Translations under genes and position numbers: made by a program
In this document: piece by piece, positions 58,859 through 64,000 of the stretch
Layout of the letters: every line of letters starts with the position of its first letter
Position numbering within the stretch: position 1 is the first letter of the stretch
NCBI GenBank assembly: GCA_002269645.1
Contig: NIVC01000486.1
Location: 372,001-436,000, forward strand
From: Macrostomum lignano
Taxonomy: Eukaryota
DNA length: 64,000 nt
Direction: 5' to 3'
The notes under the pieces: model-generated
Database searches by the model: none
Seen by the model: the letters and a program-made list of their open reading frames with translations, nothing else
What the model was told of the DNA's origin: nothing

Positions 58859-59204
58859 TTGCTTTGGGGTTTGGGCTGGTAGTAACTGAGTAATTGAGCT
58901 CGTTTTTTTATCCCCTGCGATCTCTCTGGTTGGGGAGAATTGTAGGCACCTGCTGCCCAGTGCTTGCATAATAAGTGATTTTAGTCCTGGTGTGCATTTC
59001 CGATGTACATCCAATATTCTTGGCTTTCTGTTTTTAATGTACGCAGTCTCAACTGCAGGGTCGCTGCTAAATATATAAATCGATCGCACAGAGCCTACAG
59101 TGGATTGAGGCTTTATTTGGCTACACACAACACATAGCTTTCTCTCTCTCGGCTTCGCTCTCTACAGTTTTGTCACTCATTTTTTTAATATCTTCGGAAA
59201 CCAT

Positions 59205-59601
59205 AGATCGAGTAACTTGGGAACTCATTGAATAACTTTGGAAATTATTGATCGTAACTTGCGGAATCATTGAGTAACTTTGTGAATCATTGAGTAACTT
59301 TGGGAATCATTGAGTAACTTTAAGAATCATTGAGTAAGTTTGGGAATCATTGAGTAACTTTAAGACTCACTGAGTAACTTTGGGAATCCTTGTGTAACTT
59401 TGGGAATAAAATTGAGTAACTTTAAGAATTATTGAGTAACTTTGGGAATAATTGAGTAACTTTGGGAATCATTGAGTAACTTTGGAAATCATTGAGTAAC
59501 TTTGAGAAAAATTGTGTAACTTGCGGAATCATTGAGTAACTTTAAGAATCATTGAGTAACTTTGGGAAAAATTGTGTAACTTGCGGAATCATTGAGTAAC
59601 T
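59205..59601 (+). repeat. ~21-bp tandem repeat (GGGAATCATTGAGTAACTTT); inverted partner array at ~44490-44580
   Basis: The reverse-complement units AAGTTACTCAATGATTCCC occur left of the Gypsy-2 insertion. Confidence 0.85.
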
Positions 59602-60499
59602 AAGGAAATCATAGGAGAATTGAACAAACAAAAAAAATACCACCTGCAGGAAATTTCCGAGTTCGAATCTGCGTCACTCGGCAAGGATAATTCCGTGAGC
59701 TAATTAGCTGATCAAAGGCAGTTGCCAGCAGGCGATGAGCAAGTCAATTATTTAAGACAGCGACGACTCAATAAAAAATTCTTCTGAACAACCGAAAAAT
59801 GCGAATATTGCAGGCATCTCCTGGGAGCAGATTAATCTGGAGGCGTGTGCCGAACAGATAACAGGGCCAACCCTAATTAGCAATTTATTGGATTGACAGT
59901 GGCGGCTCGCTCACGGCAGCTCAAAATTATGACAAAAATTTTAATGAAATTTTAATGACTGACAAGTCGCCACGGGATCGCTGGGCGTTGCGTGTCGCTT
60001 CATTTTCCTTTGGGCCTGATCGCCATTTTAATCTGGTCGATCTGCTGACGCAAAGCGAGCAGCAGGTCGTCGCGGGGGTGCCGGTCTCGCCCCATGGCTG
60101 TAGGTTGCAGATATCCGGAATTGTCGCCGTGGGACCTCCGCGCTCAGGCAACCCACCGCCCCTGGGGCCCGGCGCCAGGGACCTCGTGAAAGCTTGAAAT
60201 TTGGAAACGAAACTCGAGCAGGGATTGACGGGGGTTTTTTGGCATGCAAAAATGCTTAATACCCGAAAAATGGTAACTTATTACCTCAGCAATGGTTACA
60301 AGTAGCCCCTCCCTGACCCACGCTGTCCCGCTGTAGCATATAAATCAAGCACTGTCATCGGTGACTCATTTGAGCGTGAATGAATTTAAAAAAGAATGGA
60401 AATGCCACACAATTGCAGTCACTTCATCAGGGGCGTCGCCAGGATCATTGAAGGAGCCTTTTTTCACAGGCGTTTTTTAACTTGGCAATTTTTTTATCG

Positions 60500-61878
60500 C
60501 ACTGGGCGCCACCTTTTATTTGACTGGGCGCCACTTTTTTATTTGACTGGGCGCCACACTTTTATTTGACTGGGCGCCACACTTTTAGTTGACTGGGCGC
60601 CATTAGAGCTGACTGGGCGCCATTAGAGCTGCCTGACCGCCATTAGAGATGACTGGGCGCCAGTATAGCTGCCTGGGCGCCAGTATAGCTGACTGGGCGC
60701 CATTAGAGCTGCCTGGGCGCATTAGAGCTGCCTGGGCGACAGTATAGCTGCCTGGGCGCCAGTATAGCTGACTGGGCGCCAGTATAGCTGACTGGGCGCC
60801 ATTAGAGCTGCCTGGGCGCCAGTATAGCTGCCTGGGCGCCAGTATAGCTGACTGGGCGCCAGTATAGCTGACTGGGCGCCAGTATAGCTGCCTGGGCGCC
60901 AGTATAGCTTCCTGGGCGACAGTATAGCTTACTGGGCGCATTAGAGCTGACTAGGCGCCATTAGAGCTGCCTGGCCGCCATTAGAGCTGACTGGGCGCCA
61001 TTAGAGCTGCCTGGCCGCCATTAGAGCTGACTGGGCGCCATTAGAGCTGCCTGGCCGCCATTAGAGCTGACTGGGCGCCATTAGAGCTGCCTGGGCGCCA
61101 TTAGAGTTGACTGGGCGCCAGTATAGCTGCCTGGGCGCCAGTATAGCTGACTGGGCGCCATTAGAGCTGCCTGGGCGCCATTAGAGCTGCCTGGGCGCCA
61201 GTATAGCTGCCTGGGCGCCAGTATAGCTGCCTGGGCGCCAGTATAGCTGACTGGGCGCCAGTATAGCTGACTGGGCGCCAGTATAGCTTCCTGGGCGCCA
61301 GTATAGCTGACTGGGCGCGTTAGAGCTGACTAGGCGCCATTAGAGCTGCCTGGCCGCCATTAGAGCTGCCTGGCCGCCATTAGAGCTGCCTGGCCGCCAT
61401 TAGAGCTGCCTGGGCGCCATTAGAGCTGCCTGGGCGCCAGTATAGCTGCCTGGGCGCCAGTATAGCTGCCTGGGCGCCAGTATAGCTGCCTGGGCGCCAG
61501 TATAGCTGCCTGGGCGCCAGTATAGCTTCCTGGGCGCCAGTATAGCTGACTGGGCGCATTAGAGCTGACTAGGCGCCATTAGAGCTGCCTGGCCGCCATT
61601 AGAGCTGCCTGGCCGCCATTAGAGCTGACTGGGCGCCATTAGAGCTGCCTGGGCGCCATTAGAGCTGACTGGGCGCCATTAGAGCTGCCTGGGCGCCAGT
61701 ATAGCTGCCTGGGCGCCAGTATAGCTGACTGGGCGCCATTAGAGCTGCCTGGGCGCATTAGAGCTGCCTGGGCGCCATTAGAGCTGCCTGGGCGCCAGTA
61801 TAGCTGCCTGGGCGCCAGTATAGCTGACTGGGCGCCATTAGAGCTGCCTGGGCGCATTAGAGCTGCCTGGGCGCCATT
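60500..61878 (+). repeat. 20-bp minisatellite (CTGGGCGCCATTAGAGCTGA / CTGGGCGCCAGTATAGCTGC)
   Basis: About 68 units of two interspersed variants. Confidence 0.97.
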
Positions 61879-62479
61879 GTTTAGCTTCGTCTCGAGGCGC
61901 GAGGTGACCGCGTGGAGTGCGAGAGGGCCTGTAAGAGGCTCCCCAAGTGTATTCCTCAATACAGCTGTTCCTATCGAGTTAGCAACAATAGCTATGTTTT
62001 GCATCATCACTGACGGTAGTGTTGAGTCTGATCATTTCTTGCTTTTTCTATGCTCGGTTTCTGCAAACTGCGGTATTTTGAATTAAATTAACAAGTCTCA
62101 CCTGCATATAAGTGAGGGCAAGCAAGGGGGCATTGCCATTGACTCTGTGGAAGGGTGCTGTTTAGCAACTAAAACCATGGTTTTTTAAGTAAAATTTTTC
62201 ACGTATTTATATGCTCTACGAGATTTTGGATAACCAGTTTAGCCACTAAATAATGAGAATACGATGCACAGGTAACATTGAGGAAAGTAGGAAAAATAAG
62301 ACTTTCTGCTGATCATTGTTACATTTGGAGGTTAAACCAGGTGGAAGGGACAACCAGTTTAATGGAGGGAGGCAATTACCAGATAGGGGGGCAAACCACT
62401 TGGGGATAAACCAGTTGGGGGGACACTAGTTGGGGGGGAATCTGTTGGGGGGAATCAGTTGGGGGACAGGTGGAGGGCA

Positions 62480-62640
62480 AACAAGGTGCAGGTGGGGACA
62501 AAGCAGGTGGGGGACAAAGCAGGTGGGGACAAAGCAGGTGGGTGACAAAGCAGGTGGGTGACAAAGCAGGTGGGGACAAAGCAGGTGGGGACAAAGCAGG
62601 TGGGGGACAAAGCAGGTGGGGACAAAGCAGGTGGAGACAA
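62480..62640 (+). repeat. 15-16-bp G-rich minisatellite (GGTGGGGACAAAGCA)
   Basis: About 10 units. Confidence 0.9.
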
Positions 62641-62800
62641 AACTTCGCAGCGAGGCCAGGTGGCCAATAGCAGCGAACGGTTTGGCGGCTTTCTACAAAA
62701 GAGCAGAAAAGCCAGCCCGAACTGGTGGAAGCCAATCAAATTCGCCGTCCAGATGCGCAGCCTCAGGGGTCCGTGGCTCGGGCACGGGCGGAGCGGTCTG

Positions 62801-62807
62801 TATAAAT
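62801..62807 (+). promoter_or_regulatory. TATA box of the neuropeptide gene
   Basis: TATAAAT lies ~25 bp upstream of an Inr-like GCAGTT and 114 bp upstream of the ATG. Confidence 0.6.
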
Positions 62808-62914
62808 GCACCCAACGCTGGCAGGCAGTTCGGTCGCGTCCCAGCTATCGAAGTCTCCCGCACAGCTCCGATCAGCAATCAAATCCAGTCAAATCAACTC
62901 AGAGCTCAACAACA

Positions 62915-63644
62915 ATGCGCGTCGGAGTCATCGGTCTCGTCCTCTGCGCCGTGCTGGTGCTGATGCAGTGCGCCTTCGCCCAGCAGTTCCACTTTAGCCA
63001 CGGTAACTGCAGTTCATATAATGGCCGTTTGTTACATTAAACTTGCTACAAACTTGCTATCTACAATGAATTGCTACCATTTCAGGAGTTAACGGTAAAA
63101 CTTCTCAGTAAATTACCTCTACATTACTTGTACCAATGTACATACCGGTATACCGATTATTATTTGCTTTGGCAACAAATCACTCGCTTGTATAGTTTGG
63201 TTAAGCATGGCAATATTCGCCTCTGTGCTTTATAACTAACAATCACTAATTCGATTGAGTACATAGCCTACTCAAGTTAGGTGCGACAACTACTTGTACT
63301 TAAACGTAACGTCGCAGGTTGGAAGCCCGGCAAGCGCGGCCTGGCCGAGGAGGGCCACGCTGGCCATCAGATCTTCCGGCTGAAGAAAGGCTACCACTTC
63401 TTCCGCCTGAAGAAGGACCAGGAGTGCGCCATCGGCGAGGAGGCCCGGGCGCTGCTGGCCGATATTGTGGTCAGTTTTTTGCTTCCGTTTAAAAACGCGC
63501 ATCAATACCAGCAAACCACTCTACTATAAGTAGAAAAATACGAATATTTGTATTTTTTCTCCGTTTGTACAGAAATCTACCCAGAGCGGCTCGCTGTGCC
63601 CGGCAGACAGGCAGGTGATTGCCGCGTTCGTGCAGAACCTCTGA
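62915..63644 (+). CDS. GnRH/corazonin-type neuropeptide precursor (103 aa); exons 62915-63002, 63318-63469, 63573-63644
   Basis: Spliced product MRVGVIGLVLCAVLVLMQCAFA-QQFHFSHGWKP-GKR-GLAEEGHAGHQIFRL-KK-GYHFFRL-KK-DQECAIG..SLCPAD..QNL*. Canonical GT/AG sites with consistent phases. Confidence 0.92.
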
Positions 63645-63747
63645 GAACGGCATCGGGACAGCTGATGGCAGCCGGATGACTTGTCAGCATCGGCAACAGC
63701 AAAACAACTGCACACTTTTTATTGTCTTAACTGTGACTGATATATGG

Positions 63748-63753
63748 AATAAA
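63748..63753 (+). terminator. Polyadenylation signal AATAAA of the neuropeptide gene
   Basis: AATAAA about 100 nt after the stop codon. Confidence 0.6.
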
Positions 63754-64000
63754 CAAATATACGAGGCATGCTTGTGAAGATGGAATGATTGAATATTCGC
63801 CATCGTTACAGCAATTTGACCTCATCTAACAGTGTTACTTACTACTTACTACTGACGGGGGGCGCAGGCGCCGCGAATAGGCCGCGAGGCCCCTATCGCA
63901 ACCCCAAGGTAAAAGAGCACAAGGATTAGCCTTGGGGGTGCGCCCAGTCCCCGCCAGTAGTCGGCAGGTCCGCAGTGGAGGCATCGGCGACCCTCATCCG

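Larger units (their letters stand above)
44621..59166 (+). mobile_element. Second Ty3/Gypsy LTR retrotransposon; 5' LTR split by a Harbinger
   Basis: 5' LTR = 44621-44640 + 51865-52070. 3' LTR 58941-59166 (226 bp, one mismatch seen). TSD GTTTT, PBS TGGCGTCGCAAGC at 52072, PPT GGGGAGAAT. Confidence 0.95.

Noticed and set aside
55565-58889. Three additional >1000-aa ORFs (RLAG, SLPA and CRPA repeats)
   Set aside because: They are by-products of a stop-free 12-bp repeat; only the PAG(Q/E) frame is continuous with the integrase.
51847-59128. MCSRIKPQ/MCSQIKPQ ORFs
   Set aside because: They are antisense readings of the two Gypsy-2 LTRs.
758-61878. CRISPR-like appearance of the 20-29-bp arrays
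   Set aside because: The units are directly adjacent with no unique spacers, there are no cas genes, and the context is eukaryotic.
60603-62010. Repetitive ORFs over the 20-bp array
   Set aside because: These are minisatellite translations, and the unique part shows no recognisable motif.
63855-64000. GC-rich hairpin-prone tract (CCCAAGG..CCTTGGG), possibly a ribozyme or retroelement 5' end
   Set aside because: It is cut by the window edge and no ribozyme fold could be confirmed by eye.

Overview
Eukaryotic (animal) genomic DNA, probably from a free-living flatworm such as a macrostomid. The taxon is inferred from a GnRH-type prohormone carrying the flatworm-style GYHFFRL co-peptide, TTAGGG tracts and minisatellite-filled introns. 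Host genes: OTU1/YOD1 deubiquitinase, PDCD5, an intronless DUF985 cupin, a possible Pcc1/LAGE3 fragment, a candidate helical pore-forming protein, a divergent alpha-SNAP, an LRRC42-like gene, a divergent Polo-like kinase, and a 3-exon GnRH/corazonin-type neuropeptide precursor not recovered by the ORF track. About 7650-20700 is a decayed endogenous Polinton/Maverick (adintovirus-like) virus. It contains a pPolB tail, adenain protease, membrane-hairpin ORF, A32 packaging ATPase, amphipathic small protein, and major and minor capsid genes, and has been hit by a mariner, a full Gypsy and a solo LTR. Further on are a THAP/P-type element without TSD and an Ngaro/DIRS tyrosine-recombinase retroelement with split direct repeats. 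44621-59166 is a four-level nest: Gypsy, then a Harbinger in its 5' LTR, then tandem Helitrons, then a 21-bp satellite plus telomeric repeats. That Gypsy's integrase is fused to a ~3-kb PAG(Q/E) repeat. All calls are by manual motif recognition; no database searches were run, and some frameshifts could be assembly indels.
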